Origin: an uncultured Verrucomicrobiae bacterium
GTDB taxonomy: Bacteria > Verrucomicrobiota > Verrucomicrobiia > Limisphaerales > UBA11358
DNA length: 64,000 bases
Direction of reading: 5' to 3'
NCBI GenBank assembly: GCA_963744965.1
Contig: CAVUVT010000008.1
Location: 69,767 to 133,766, forward strand
Shown here one piece after another: positions 54,690-64,000 of the stretch (its first letter is position 1; every line of letters starts with the position of its first letter). A program made the translations under genes and the position numbers. The notes under the pieces are model-generated. The model did not search any database. It was not told where the DNA came from and saw only the letters and a program-made list of their open reading frames with translations.

Positions 54690-55511
54690 ATGCTTTTGCT
54701 TTTCGACATCGGCAACACGAACACGCACGCCGGGCTGGCGAATGGCCGGCGGGTCGTGAAGCAGACCAATCTTCCCACGGCGGGCTGGTTCGACGGCACG
54801 GCGGCGAAGCGGTTGCGACAATTCGCCGGCCGCGCCCGGCTCGACGGCGTGGCGCTTTGCAGTGTCGTGCCGCGCGCGACGCCGGAGGCGCGGGAGTTCA
54901 TTGCCCAACTCGGAGCGCCGGGCACCGGCCCGGCTCGAAAGAAAATGCGCCAACCGGCCGGGGCGGTGCCCGGCGTTCCCATGCTCGAACTCACACCAAA
55001 AACCTTGCGCGGTTTGGGGATTGATTATCCGAAGGCGGACACCATCGGTCCGGATCGCCTGGCCAATGCGGTGGCCGCGCGTCACCGATTTGGCGCGCCG
55101 GTGGTGGTGCTGGATTTCGGCACGGCGGTCACGCTGGATGTGGTCAATCGCGCCGGCAATTACGCGGGCGGCATCATCGCGCCGGGTTTGGCGGCGATGA
55201 CAGATTATTTGCACGAGAAAACCGCGTTGCTGCCGCGCATCAAAATCCGCGAAATCAAAACGAGCATCGGCAAAAGCACCGGGGAAGCGATGCTGGTGGG
55301 CGCGGTGCATGGTTATCGCGGGCTGGTCCGGGAATTGATCGCCGAATTGAAGCGCGAGTTGAAAGTAAAGCGATTGCCGGTCGTTGCCACCGGCGGTTAC
55401 GCAAAGCTGATGGCGTCCAAACTGCCGGAGATTTCAGCCGTGGAACCGAATCTGACGCTGGAAGGTTTGCGATTGACGTGGGAAGCGACCCGCACTCACG
55501 GCCATTTGTAA
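54690..55511 (+). CDS. coaX: type III pantothenate kinase
   Basis: MLLLFDIGNTNTH, GPDRLANAVAA and the ATGG motif. Confidence 0.9.
   Translation: MLLLFDIGNTNTHAGLANGRRVVKQTNLPTAGWFDGTAAKRLRQFAGRARLDGVALCSVVPRATPEAREFIAQLGAPGTGPARKKMRQPAGAVPGVPMLELTPKTLRGLGIDYPKADTIGPDRLANAVAARHRFGAPVVVLDFGTAVTLDVVNRAGNYAGGIIAPGLAAMTDYLHEKTALLPRIKIREIKTSIGKSTGEAMLVGAVHGYRGLVRELIAELKRELKVKRLPVVATGGYAKLMASKLPEISAVEPNLTLEGLRLTWEATRTHGHL
54912..54979. repeat. GGARCGCCGG-type palindromic element inside coaX
   Basis: GGAGCGCCGGGCACCGGCCCGGC...GCCGGGGCGGTGCCCGGCGTTCC. Confidence 0.75.
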
Positions 55512-57901
55512 TTGACGGAGGCGAAAATTCCCTGCGCGGTGAAATTGTTCACGTTGCCGTTGCTCGGTTGCGAGTATTGGGAAAATCCGTAGCGCAAGGC
55601 GCCGGAAAGCCGGTTGCTGAACTGGCGGGTCAGGCCGACGAGCAGGTCGTGGTGGGTGAAATTGATGCCGAGCGGCAAGCCCACGGTGTTGTTTTGTCCG
55701 TAACCGGCCTGTGAAAAGGCGTAGGTAGCGTCCAAATGGGTTTTGGCATTCAAGGCATAGCCCGCGCTGGCGCCGACGGTGTAGGTGTCTCCACGATACG
55801 GCACCACGGCGGAATTCTGGTCGGCGGCGGTGGTGGTGCGTGAATAGCCGTAAGTGAACGAGCTTGAACAGTAAAATCGTTGCCCCGGGGTGAAGTTCAG
55901 GCTCAACCCGAAATTATTGGCCAGGGTGCTGCCGTCCGAAATGGTTCCGCCGGGAGAAATCCCAAAGGGAACCGGCTCGGTGGTCGTGGAATAATCCGAT
56001 TCGACCCATTGCCAGGTCAGCCGGGCGTTCAGCCAATAGACGGGGCGCAGCACGAGCCGTCCTTCGATTTCATCCGTGGTGATGTCCCGGTGGGTGATGA
56101 AGGCGGGGTAACCAATGCCGCCGTAGGGCGAGGTATCCACGAGATTGTTGTAACTGGTGTCGCTGTCAACGTACCGGTAATGTCCGCCCCATTCAACCCA
56201 AGGCCAGGGCGATGAGGTGAAACCCACCCGGGTGTCATAGAAATAATTCATCGCGTCTGTCTCTTGCTGAAAGTCGTACGGCGACACGCCGGCGGTGTTT
56301 TGGTCGGCCGATTGCCCGACGCTTTCCTGGCGCAGGCGTCCTTCGGCAAACAGCACCGTCCGCGGCAGGCGGTTGAACCGGAGGTCGAGATTTTCCGAGC
56401 TGACGGTCCGGTCCAGGTTTGCGTTCTCGGTGCCGGGAACCGGAGTATAGCCGGGCACGGTCGCATCGTAAAAAGCCAGGTCCACATTGCCAAAACCGTT
56501 TTCATGGGTCCATTCGCCCTGGGCGGAGACGGAAACGCTCAATCCCTTTGCGGGCAAAAACAGGCTGGACCCGCTGATAATGTACGAGTTGCGTTGCAGC
56601 GTGATGTCCTGCGCCTGCCAGGCGGAACCCGAAGCCGCCGCCCCGGATCCATCTATGGTGTTTTCGTTGAAGGACGACGTGCCGTTATAGACGGAAACCA
56701 GGCTGCCGAAAGAAGCCTGCCACCAATCGCAGATTTGTTTTTGAACCCGGAAGGTATTCGCGCCTTGCGAGTATTGGACGCCTTGATTCATTTGTTGAAT
56801 AAGGTCCGGATTGGGGCTGGTGGTATAACTGATCACATCGTTCCGCTGGTCGGAGAGATGATAAAACTCGGCCCGGACCCGGTCTTCAATGCGCCAGTCG
56901 TCCCATTCGCGGGTGAGATCCACTTTGAAGATGTGAGTGTGTTCATCCACACTCTCGATATTGGGGTAGATGTTTTTGGACGCGAATTGCTGATTTACCG
57001 TCTGATTGACCGTTCCCCAGACCAGCGTGGATTTCTCCCCCTGCCGGAACTGGTATTCATAGCCGAAGACCAATTGCGGCGAGTCGGGCAGCGTCAGTCC
57101 GAAATCAATCCAGGCGCGGCCGATGTCCAGATGCGGGTTCTGGTCCAGGGAAAAGCTGGGCGGCGTGAACAGCGGGTAATATCCGCCGGTGTCATCGTAA
57201 TACCGCCGCCATTCCTCAAAGCCGGAATGCACGAAGCCGGAATCCTTTTCGTCCAGCGCCACCGTCACTTTGAAATCGTGCTCCGGCACCAAGGCATGGC
57301 CTTCAATGGTGAGTTTTTCGTCCGGGGCAATTTGTTCGCTGAATGAAAAATGGTTCGCGCCGCCGCTCCAACCCTCCTGAACTCCTTCCAATTCGCGGAA
57401 TTTTTTGTTGTCGCCCGACACACCAACCCAGCCCGAACCCGGCGCGATGGAAAAAGCAACCGCCGGCGGCGCAGAATTCGTTCCCCAATCCGCGCCCTGG
57501 TCAATCCAGGTCCGCAACGCGCCGACCTGCGCGGAGGTGAGCGGCGGCCCATGGTCGGGCGGCGGCATCCGGATGTCCTTGTCCAGCCCGGCCACGTAGG
57601 CGATCAATTTGCTCTGGTCGCCCTGGCCGGGAACGATGTCATTTTTGTTGTCGTCGCCGCCCTTGAGAGCGTCGGCGCGGGTGTCGAGGCGGAAACCGCT
57701 CTTTGGCTTTTCCGGGCCATGACAGCGAAAGCAACTTTGCTCGAAGATGGGCCGCACGTCGCGGTCGAAAAGGATTGAATTCCGGTTGGATGCGGCGCTG
57801 ACGACATTGGTTTCAACGGCGGAAGCGGCGGACGTGGCCGCCAAAGCAAATACCGCAACGAAACTTTTTCCGCAAATTCGTCTGTTGGCTCCCGGGTTCA
57901 C
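55496..57901 (-). CDS. PSCyt1-type monohaem cytochrome c domain fused to a putative outer-membrane beta-barrel
   Basis: GTG start and signal peptide (FVAVFALAATSAASA). RPIFEQSCFRCHGPEKPKSGFRLD. About 650 Cys-free aa with amphipathic strand pattern, ending GIFASVNYKWP. Confidence 0.7.
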   Translation of the reverse strand: MNPGANRRICGKSFVAVFALAATSAASAVETNVVSAASNRNSILFDRDVRPIFEQSCFRCHGPEKPKSGFRLDTRADALKGGDDNKNDIVPGQGDQSKLIAYVAGLDKDIRMPPPDHGPPLTSAQVGALRTWIDQGADWGTNSAPPAVAFSIAPGSGWVGVSGDNKKFRELEGVQEGWSGGANHFSFSEQIAPDEKLTIEGHALVPEHDFKVTVALDEKDSGFVHSGFEEWRRYYDDTGGYYPLFTPPSFSLDQNPHLDIGRAWIDFGLTLPDSPQLVFGYEYQFRQGEKSTLVWGTVNQTVNQQFASKNIYPNIESVDEHTHIFKVDLTREWDDWRIEDRVRAEFYHLSDQRNDVISYTTSPNPDLIQQMNQGVQYSQGANTFRVQKQICDWWQASFGSLVSVYNGTSSFNENTIDGSGAAASGSAWQAQDITLQRNSYIISGSSLFLPAKGLSVSVSAQGEWTHENGFGNVDLAFYDATVPGYTPVPGTENANLDRTVSSENLDLRFNRLPRTVLFAEGRLRQESVGQSADQNTAGVSPYDFQQETDAMNYFYDTRVGFTSSPWPWVEWGGHYRYVDSDTSYNNLVDTSPYGGIGYPAFITHRDITTDEIEGRLVLRPVYWLNARLTWQWVESDYSTTTEPVPFGISPGGTISDGSTLANNFGLSLNFTPGQRFYCSSSFTYGYSRTTTAADQNSAVVPYRGDTYTVGASAGYALNAKTHLDATYAFSQAGYGQNNTVGLPLGINFTHHDLLVGLTRQFSNRLSGALRYGFSQYSQPSNGNVNNFTAQGIFASVNYKWP

Positions 57902-57921
57902 GTTGGTCTTAAACGGACGCT

Positions 57922-58716
57922 TTAATACAGGAAGATCGGGTTGATGTCGGAGCCGTGGATGGCCGTGTGGCAGCCGGCGGACCAGCAGGTGCCCATTTGC
58001 AGGTAGGCGGAGTGCGGAGCTTTGCCGATGAAAATTTCGCCGGGCGGCACTCCGGGACCCTGCACCTGAGCGTGGCAACGAAAGCAAAGGTTGTTGTCGG
58101 CCTGGGTGAGCATCATGCGGTTGATCGAGCCGTGCGGGTTGTGACAGGTCGTGCAGCCTTCGCGCAGGGCGGGGTGCTCGAAAACAAACGGCCGCGTCTG
58201 TTCGCGGTGGCATTGGGCGCAGGCTTCGTTGAGTTGCGCCATGGCCAGCCCGCCCTCCGGTTTGAGAATGTCTTCGCCGTGCGGGTCGTGGCATTGGACA
58301 CAGTTCATGTGGCCCTCGATGACGGGATGATGCGTGGGCAATTGAAATTCCGCATGTGTCTTCAGATGACACCGGAAACAGGCTTCCGGAGTCTGGCCCG
58401 GGTTGATGATGAATCTGCCGATGCCGCCGCCAGCCTCAACGTGTTTGCTGCCCGGACCATGGCAGGATTCACAGCCGGTGCCGTCCTTCAGGCCGGAGTC
58501 TTCCAGGTACAGATGGGCGTGCGGGCTGGCTTCGAATTTGCGGACGATGTTGGTATGGCATTCGTAGCACACCGGGTTGCCCACGTAGTGCGCGCCGGGA
58601 ATTTCAAGCGGTGCGACCACCGCCATCGGCATGGTGGAGCACGAATTCAAAAAAAACACCCCACCGCTTCCCGCACTCAAAGCCATCACTGCGATCCATG
58701 TTCGTTTCCGTTTCAA
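57922..58716 (-). CDS. multihaem c-type cytochrome (possible lipoprotein)
   Basis: Seven CxxCH motifs (CYECH, CESCH, CFRCH, CVQCH, CAQCH, CTTCH, CFRCH) plus CWSAGCH. N-terminus ...FFLNSC. Confidence 0.9.
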   Translation of the reverse strand: MKRKRTWIAVMALSAGSGGVFFLNSCSTMPMAVVAPLEIPGAHYVGNPVCYECHTNIVRKFEASPHAHLYLEDSGLKDGTGCESCHGPGSKHVEAGGGIGRFIINPGQTPEACFRCHLKTHAEFQLPTHHPVIEGHMNCVQCHDPHGEDILKPEGGLAMAQLNEACAQCHREQTRPFVFEHPALREGCTTCHNPHGSINRMMLTQADNNLCFRCHAQVQGPGVPPGEIFIGKAPHSAYLQMGTCWSAGCHTAIHGSDINPIFLY

Positions 58717-59636
58717 TGATTTTGATTGCCGGCGGCGTCCGGCGCGTTGGTGGCGGCGGCGGCCTTGATGATTTCGGCAACAATCTGGTCGGAAAGGTCC
58801 CCGGTCGTTGGAAAAACCATCTGCAGATGGCCGGCGGCATCAATGATAAGAGTGCGGAAATCGTGGTTGAAGGTGCCGGCATCGTATTGATAGCTGACGC
58901 CTGATTGCCGGGCGAGTTCGCCGATCTTGTCCGCCGGGCCGGTGAGAAAGCTCCAATGCTTCGGATCGTATTGATAACTGTCGCCGTAGGCTTTCAGCAT
59001 CGGCGGCGAATCAAATTCCGTGTCGAAGGAAATGGAAAGCAAATGCCAGTTGGCGGGGGCGCCGGGCCGGGATTCGAGTTTTTGCTGCGCTGCCTGGAAA
59101 TTTTTTGACAACCGCGGGCAATAATCGGGCAGCGGGCAGCGGGTGTAAAAAAATGTGATGGCCAGCGCCTGCCCGCGGAAATCGTTCAAACTCACCGCCC
59201 GGCCCAGTTCGTTGGTGAACTTGTAATCCAGCAGCGGATGATTTGGCGGGACGGCTGGTGAGTTGGCCGGGGTTGGAGTGGGCGGCAACGAAACCGTTCC
59301 GATTTTGGCGATGTGCCCAACCCAGCTCTTCGATTCTGTGACCTGAAGCTGGAATGAAATTTCATCGCCCCGGTGCAAGCCGGCCAATTCTTTTGGGTCT
59401 TTCACCTCGAACGGCATGGTCATGGCAGCCATGTAATTGGAAATGGCTTCGTGCCGGATGACCACTGTCCGGCCGTCCGGCTTGAGTTCCATCACCGTTC
59501 CTTTGGCCAGGAACGACTGCGGGTTTGTGGCTTCCCCGCTGGATAATGGGAGCGATCCGGCGGATTTCGCACCGGACAGAATCAGCATCAACAAAGCGAA
59601 CGGCAATATGCTGATAAATAACGCCCGCAGCCTCAT
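58713..59636 (-). CDS. CusF-like copper-binding domain fused to an SCO1/SenC family protein
   Basis: GTVMELKPDGRTVVIRHEAISNYMAAMTMPFEV, then the thioredoxin fold FFYTRCPLPDYCP...H. Confidence 0.8.
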   Translation of the reverse strand: MRLRALFISILPFALLMLILSGAKSAGSLPLSSGEATNPQSFLAKGTVMELKPDGRTVVIRHEAISNYMAAMTMPFEVKDPKELAGLHRGDEISFQLQVTESKSWVGHIAKIGTVSLPPTPTPANSPAVPPNHPLLDYKFTNELGRAVSLNDFRGQALAITFFYTRCPLPDYCPRLSKNFQAAQQKLESRPGAPANWHLLSISFDTEFDSPPMLKAYGDSYQYDPKHWSFLTGPADKIGELARQSGVSYQYDAGTFNHDFRTLIIDAAGHLQMVFPTTGDLSDQIVAEIIKAAAATNAPDAAGNQNH

Positions 59637-59696
59637 ATTTCATGGTCATGTTTGTCTCTTCCTATCCGGTGATTCCAGCGTTTTTTTCATGAATAA

Positions 59697-60566
59697 TCAT
59701 GGATTTGGCAGACGTCCGACCCGGTAAAATCCCGGGTTGAATGTCGCGTTGAGATCCGTGAAATTGATCGAGCCACTTCCCGCCGTATTGGTGACGAGGA
59801 TGGTCCAATTGGGCGAAAGCAGATTGGTGGAACGTTGGACGATGTAATCCAGCCCGGCATTCGCCGTGTAACTGAACCTGAATTTCCCGGGTGGCACCGG
59901 CTGCGGCGCACTAAGCAGCACCGACACCGGCGTGACGACGCTGATGGCAACCTGGTTGGTGCCGGTGGCGCCACTGTTATCCGAGGCGATGGCGAAAAGA
60001 GTATAGCTGCCCGCGGCCAGGTTGTTGGTGACGCCGAAGAAGGGGGCAGTAGCCGTGTTGGTCACCACGTTGGCGCCGACCAGGAATTGCACGTTGGTGA
60101 CCGTGCCGTCGCTGTCCGAGGTGGAGGCCTGGATGGTGACGTTGGCCGGCGAGGCGAAGACCGTGCCGGACACCGGATTGGTGATGGAAACGGCCGGCGG
60201 CAAATGGGCGGCGGCGACAATCACTGCGCCGGTCATGCCGAGGGTATAATGCACCGAGCAATAATAACTGTAAATACCCGCGGCAGAGAATGTGTTGGTA
60301 TATTTGGAGTTCACAGCGAGCACGGTCGAATTCCACAATCCGCTCGCCGTCCCATTCGTGCCGCTGGTGGAAGAGTGATCACTGCCAGCCCAATTCCATA
60401 TCACCTGGTCGTTGACATTGATGTTGGTTACGACGGGGGCGAAGTGATCTCCACCACTTCCAACGGTCACATTGGCAACCGCGGCGAATCCGGTCGTTGA
60501 GGAGCCGAACACTGCCAGACTTGCGCTCAAGAGCGCCATTTTAAATAAATAACGAATCGCCTTCAT
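59697..60566 (-). CDS. secreted cupredoxin (type 1 copper) protein with Ig-like domain and FYR-type tail
   Basis: GSDHSS ... YYCSVHYTLGM (C-x2-H-x4-M), Big-like middle region and tail STNLLSPNW...GFYRVG. Start at MKAIRYLF. Confidence 0.8.
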   Translation of the reverse strand: MKAIRYLFKMALLSASLAVFGSSTTGFAAVANVTVGSGGDHFAPVVTNINVNDQVIWNWAGSDHSSTSGTNGTASGLWNSTVLAVNSKYTNTFSAAGIYSYYCSVHYTLGMTGAVIVAAAHLPPAVSITNPVSGTVFASPANVTIQASTSDSDGTVTNVQFLVGANVVTNTATAPFFGVTNNLAAGSYTLFAIASDNSGATGTNQVAISVVTPVSVLLSAPQPVPPGKFRFSYTANAGLDYIVQRSTNLLSPNWTILVTNTAGSGSINFTDLNATFNPGFYRVGRLPNP

Positions 60567-60685
60567 AATATCTGTTCCATCGAATTGGTTCATTGATGAC
60601 CGGTCAAACAGCCGCCGCACGTGAGATCACGCCGGCATTGACCGTCGGAATCGTTTTGAGTGAAAATTACACTCCCATTTGCAAG

Positions 60686-60714
60686 TGAGATGGATAACGA
60701 TGGCATTTGTTCCC
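60686..60714 (-). promoter_or_regulatory. candidate ECF-type promoter for the cupredoxin operon
   Basis: Minus strand reads GGGAAC-N18-TCTCA. The -35 lies in one arm of a 12-bp perfect palindrome. Confidence 0.5.
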
Positions 60715-60724
60715 GCAAATTTTC

Positions 60725-60753
60725 GGGAACAAATGACGGGGTAAGGGCTCTTA
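60725..60753 (+). promoter_or_regulatory. candidate autoregulated ECF-type promoter for the sigma/anti-sigma genes
   Basis: GGGAAC-N18-TCTTA, 17 nt upstream of the sigma ATG. The -35 lies in the other palindrome arm. Confidence 0.5.
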
Positions 60754-60769
60754 ACTTCGATGTAGCGAT

Positions 60770-61291
60770 ATGGCTGAAGGCCTGGACTTTGAGCGGTTGG
60801 TGGCTTGTTATTACGAGCCGCTGTACCAATTTGCCTTCAGCCTCGCGCGAGACGAAGCCGACGCCTGTGATCTCACACAACAAACTTTTTGCATTTGGGC
60901 GGCCAAGGGTCATCAGTTGCGCGACGCATCCAAAGTGAAAACCTGGCTGTTCACCACCCTGCACCGCGAGTTTCTCGGCGCGCGGCGAAAGCAAACGCGC
61001 TTTCCGCACGTCGAATTGGAGCAGGCGGCGGCGGAACTCCCCGTCGTGTCGCCGCCCACCATCAACCGCCTCGACGCCGGACGGGCGCTCGACGCCCTGG
61101 CGTGTCTGGATGAAATTTACCAGGCGCCCGTCGCGTTGTTTTACCTGCAGGATTGTTCCTACAACGAGATTGCCGAAATTCTCGACGTGCCGCTCGGCAC
61201 CGTCAAATCACGCCTCACCCGCGGCCTTGACCGGCTGCACCAACTGCTGACCGGCGCCACCAACGCGCAACCCCAGCCACCAAATTTGTGA
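60770..61291 (+). CDS. ECF (sigma-70 family group 4) RNA polymerase sigma factor
   Basis: Region 2 (YEPLYQFAFSLARDEADACDLTQQTF) and region 4 HTH (SYNEIAEILDVPLGTVKSRLTRG). Confidence 0.9.
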   Translation: MAEGLDFERLVACYYEPLYQFAFSLARDEADACDLTQQTFCIWAAKGHQLRDASKVKTWLFTTLHREFLGARRKQTRFPHVELEQAAAELPVVSPPTINRLDAGRALDALACLDEIYQAPVALFYLQDCSYNEIAEILDVPLGTVKSRLTRGLDRLHQLLTGATNAQPQPPNL

Positions 61292-62043
61292 ATCGCGACG
61301 AAGCCAGAACCATTTTGCTGCTCTACCGGCCCGGCACGGCGGATGCGGGAGACCCGGAAATTGCCGCGGCGCTTGGGCTGGCCAAGCAGAATCCGGAATT
61401 GACGTGCTGGCTGGTGGAACATTGCGCGCGGCAGGAGGCGTTGCGCGCCGTGTTCCGGCAAATCACCGCGCCCGCCGGATTGAAGGAACAAATCATTTCC
61501 GAACAGGCAGCCAAGGAGAAAATCAGCTTCCGGCGGCAGCGGGCGTTCCTTGCGGCAATGGCCGCTGTTGCGGTGCTGGTGGTCCTGACCCCGCTCTGGT
61601 TCCAGCACCGCCGGAGCAATGATACCTATGACCTTTACCGGAACCAGATGGCGAGTGTTGCTTTGCGCGGTTACGGCATGGATTTGTTTACAAATAATCC
61701 CGCATCCGTCCGCGCCTTCCTGGCGCAAAACCACGCGCCGGCGGATTACGTTCTGCCGGCGCCGTTGGAAAAAACGGCGGTGTCCGGCTGCGCAATTGAA
61801 AACTGGCAGGGAGCGAAGGTTTCGATGATTTGTTTCCGCACCGGCAAGCCGCTGCCGCCGGGACAACAGAGCGATCTTTGGCTGTTTGTTGTTGATCGAG
61901 CAGCCGTCAAAAACGCGCCTCCGGCCGGGGCACGCCAGTTCGTTCAAATCAGCCGGCTCGGAATGATGGCGTGGACCGAAGGGGACAAATTGTATGTGCT
62001 GGGAATGAAAGGGGACGAGCAGGCGTTGCAGCCGTATTTGTGA
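61288..62043 (+). CDS. putative anti-sigma factor (single-pass membrane)
   Basis: 4-nt overlap with the sigma gene, cytoplasmic N-terminal domain, one TM (AFLAAMAAVAVLVVL) and a periplasmic domain. Confidence 0.65.
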   Translation: MNRDEARTILLLYRPGTADAGDPEIAAALGLAKQNPELTCWLVEHCARQEALRAVFRQITAPAGLKEQIISEQAAKEKISFRRQRAFLAAMAAVAVLVVLTPLWFQHRRSNDTYDLYRNQMASVALRGYGMDLFTNNPASVRAFLAQNHAPADYVLPAPLEKTAVSGCAIENWQGAKVSMICFRTGKPLPPGQQSDLWLFVVDRAAVKNAPPAGARQFVQISRLGMMAWTEGDKLYVLGMKGDEQALQPYL

Positions 62044-62056
62044 ACCTCGCCGCCGG

Positions 62057-62968
62057 TCAATTAGTGTCCACACTCATGTGGTCCAATATCCAGTCGAAGT
62101 CCGTGCGCTGATTGGCGGAAACGTTGACGGGCAAATAGGGAACGTCCGGCTGGACTGGATAGCTGGTGCTGGAAACCAGCCACCGGTGCAGCGCGCTGTG
62201 TCCGTCGGCAAACGAAAATGCCGTGGCGTTGTTATGATAGGTGGCCGGCAAATCAAGCCATTCGGCAGTGTTGTAATCCGAGCCGCCGTAGGCACTGCTG
62301 GTGTATTCGGTGGCTTTGTCGAGAAAATAACCATCGTCAATGGTATCCGGATGTTCGTCCAGAAACACAAAGATTTCGCTGGGCTGGGGAATTTGTGTGA
62401 TTTTAAAAAACTGGACGTAACCGGGATTGTTGACGTTATATCCGTTCGCAGAAAATTCGCCGGCGTTGCCGACCATCGCGTTCATCGAATAACTGCGGAT
62501 GCGCCTGTCCCAGCCGGCGGCATTTTGAGCCGCGCTCAAGGCGTGGTCGGACGGACAATGGTAAATGGCCGTCGCCTTGCTGACAAAAGAACCGAGACTC
62601 GCTTCGGTGATGGTGGCGGGGTTGGTGTTGTCCGAACTCAAATCCCAGGTCATGACATTGTTGACCCAGTTAAGATTCGTTCGGGGGCCGTTTGCAGTCA
62701 TGACGAGATTGTAAGGCAGCACGCCGTCGAAATCGTCCGCGTAGAGTTGCCACCCCAGCAGGAGCTGCTTGGTGTTGTTCAGGCAAAGGATGGCCTGGGC
62801 CCGCCCTTTTGCCTGTGACAATGCCGGCAACAAGATCGCCGACAGGATGCCGATGATGGCAATCACCACCAGCAGTTCGATCAGGGTAAAAGCCTTCCCC
62901 CTCGCTCCTTGGGCGAGTGCTGAAGTTCGTGAACCGGGCAAAATGCTCATGGCAGAAGTTCGCCGCAT
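62057..62968 (-). CDS. prepilin-type N-terminal cleavage/methylation protein with DUF1559 (H-X9-DG) domain
   Basis: [27 protein letters not shown], and C-terminal [13 protein letters not shown]. Confidence 0.9.
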   Translation of the reverse strand: MRRTSAMSILPGSRTSALAQGARGKAFTLIELLVVIAIIGILSAILLPALSQAKGRAQAILCLNNTKQLLLGWQLYADDFDGVLPYNLVMTANGPRTNLNWVNNVMTWDLSSDNTNPATITEASLGSFVSKATAIYHCPSDHALSAAQNAAGWDRRIRSYSMNAMVGNAGEFSANGYNVNNPGYVQFFKITQIPQPSEIFVFLDEHPDTIDDGYFLDKATEYTSSAYGGSDYNTAEWLDLPATYHNNATAFSFADGHSALHRWLVSSTSYPVQPDVPYLPVNVSANQRTDFDWILDHMSVDTN

Positions 62969-63102
62969 CCACCTTGCGAATATCTAATTGAGATTATTAC
63001 GCTAACTTTTCGACTGTGTCAAAGCCTAAAACGGTTGAATTCAGGTTCGCCGGGAATTCCGCCATTGCCCCGCCGCACCGCTTTCCCCAAAATCCCGCGC
63101 CT

Positions 63103-64000
<898 letters not shown>

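Noticed and set aside
57902-58372. N-terminal 157 aa of the 958-aa ORF 55496..58372
   Set aside because: This part overlaps the multihaem cytochrome gene in another frame and is Pro/Arg-rich nonsense. A GTG at 57901 followed by a signal peptide gives a sensible start after the cytochrome stop.

Overview
This is a high-GC chromosomal segment (about 60% G+C, judged by eye). It probably comes from a PVC-superphylum, Verrucomicrobiota-like bacterium, based on a DUF1559 prepilin-type protein, a PSCyt1 haem domain, an RCC1-repeat protein and a recurrent FYR-type C-terminal tail. All calls rest on motif recognition by reading; no searches or computations were run.

Most genes are housekeeping. They include dnaA with an AT-rich candidate oriC, glnB, ileS, a leuS 5' part, priA, ruvC-ruvA, miaA, lgt, a hemE-hemN-hemY-hemH cluster, nadC, birA, coaX, uppP and tRNA-Arg(CCT). 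There are also transporters, a sulfatase, a GH28 enzyme, agmatine deiminase and a large multi-PAS hybrid histidine kinase.

Main unusual observations:
1. A complete HUH/Y1 REP-associated transposase (RAYT) domain, bounded by inverted GTAG+hairpin REP sequences, sits in frame inside priA just before the Walker A motif.
2. Several families of REP/REPIN-like palindromes and heptamer-array inverted repeats pervade the window. At least ten copies lie inside conserved genes without breaking frame (ileS, aguA, priA, miaA, hemE, hemY, birA, coaX), in the manner of Rickettsia palindromic elements.
3. An AT-rich three-ORF cassette of unknown function follows ileS, and relics of the ileS 3' end are duplicated beyond it.
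4. An ECF sigma/anti-sigma pair shares a palindromic divergent promoter with an operon encoding a cupredoxin, a CusF-SCO1 fusion, a multihaem cytochrome and a haem-domain-fused outer-membrane barrel.
5. dnaA and birA are each split by an apparent 1-nt deletion at a homopolymer. Sequencing error is the likely cause, but this needs checking.
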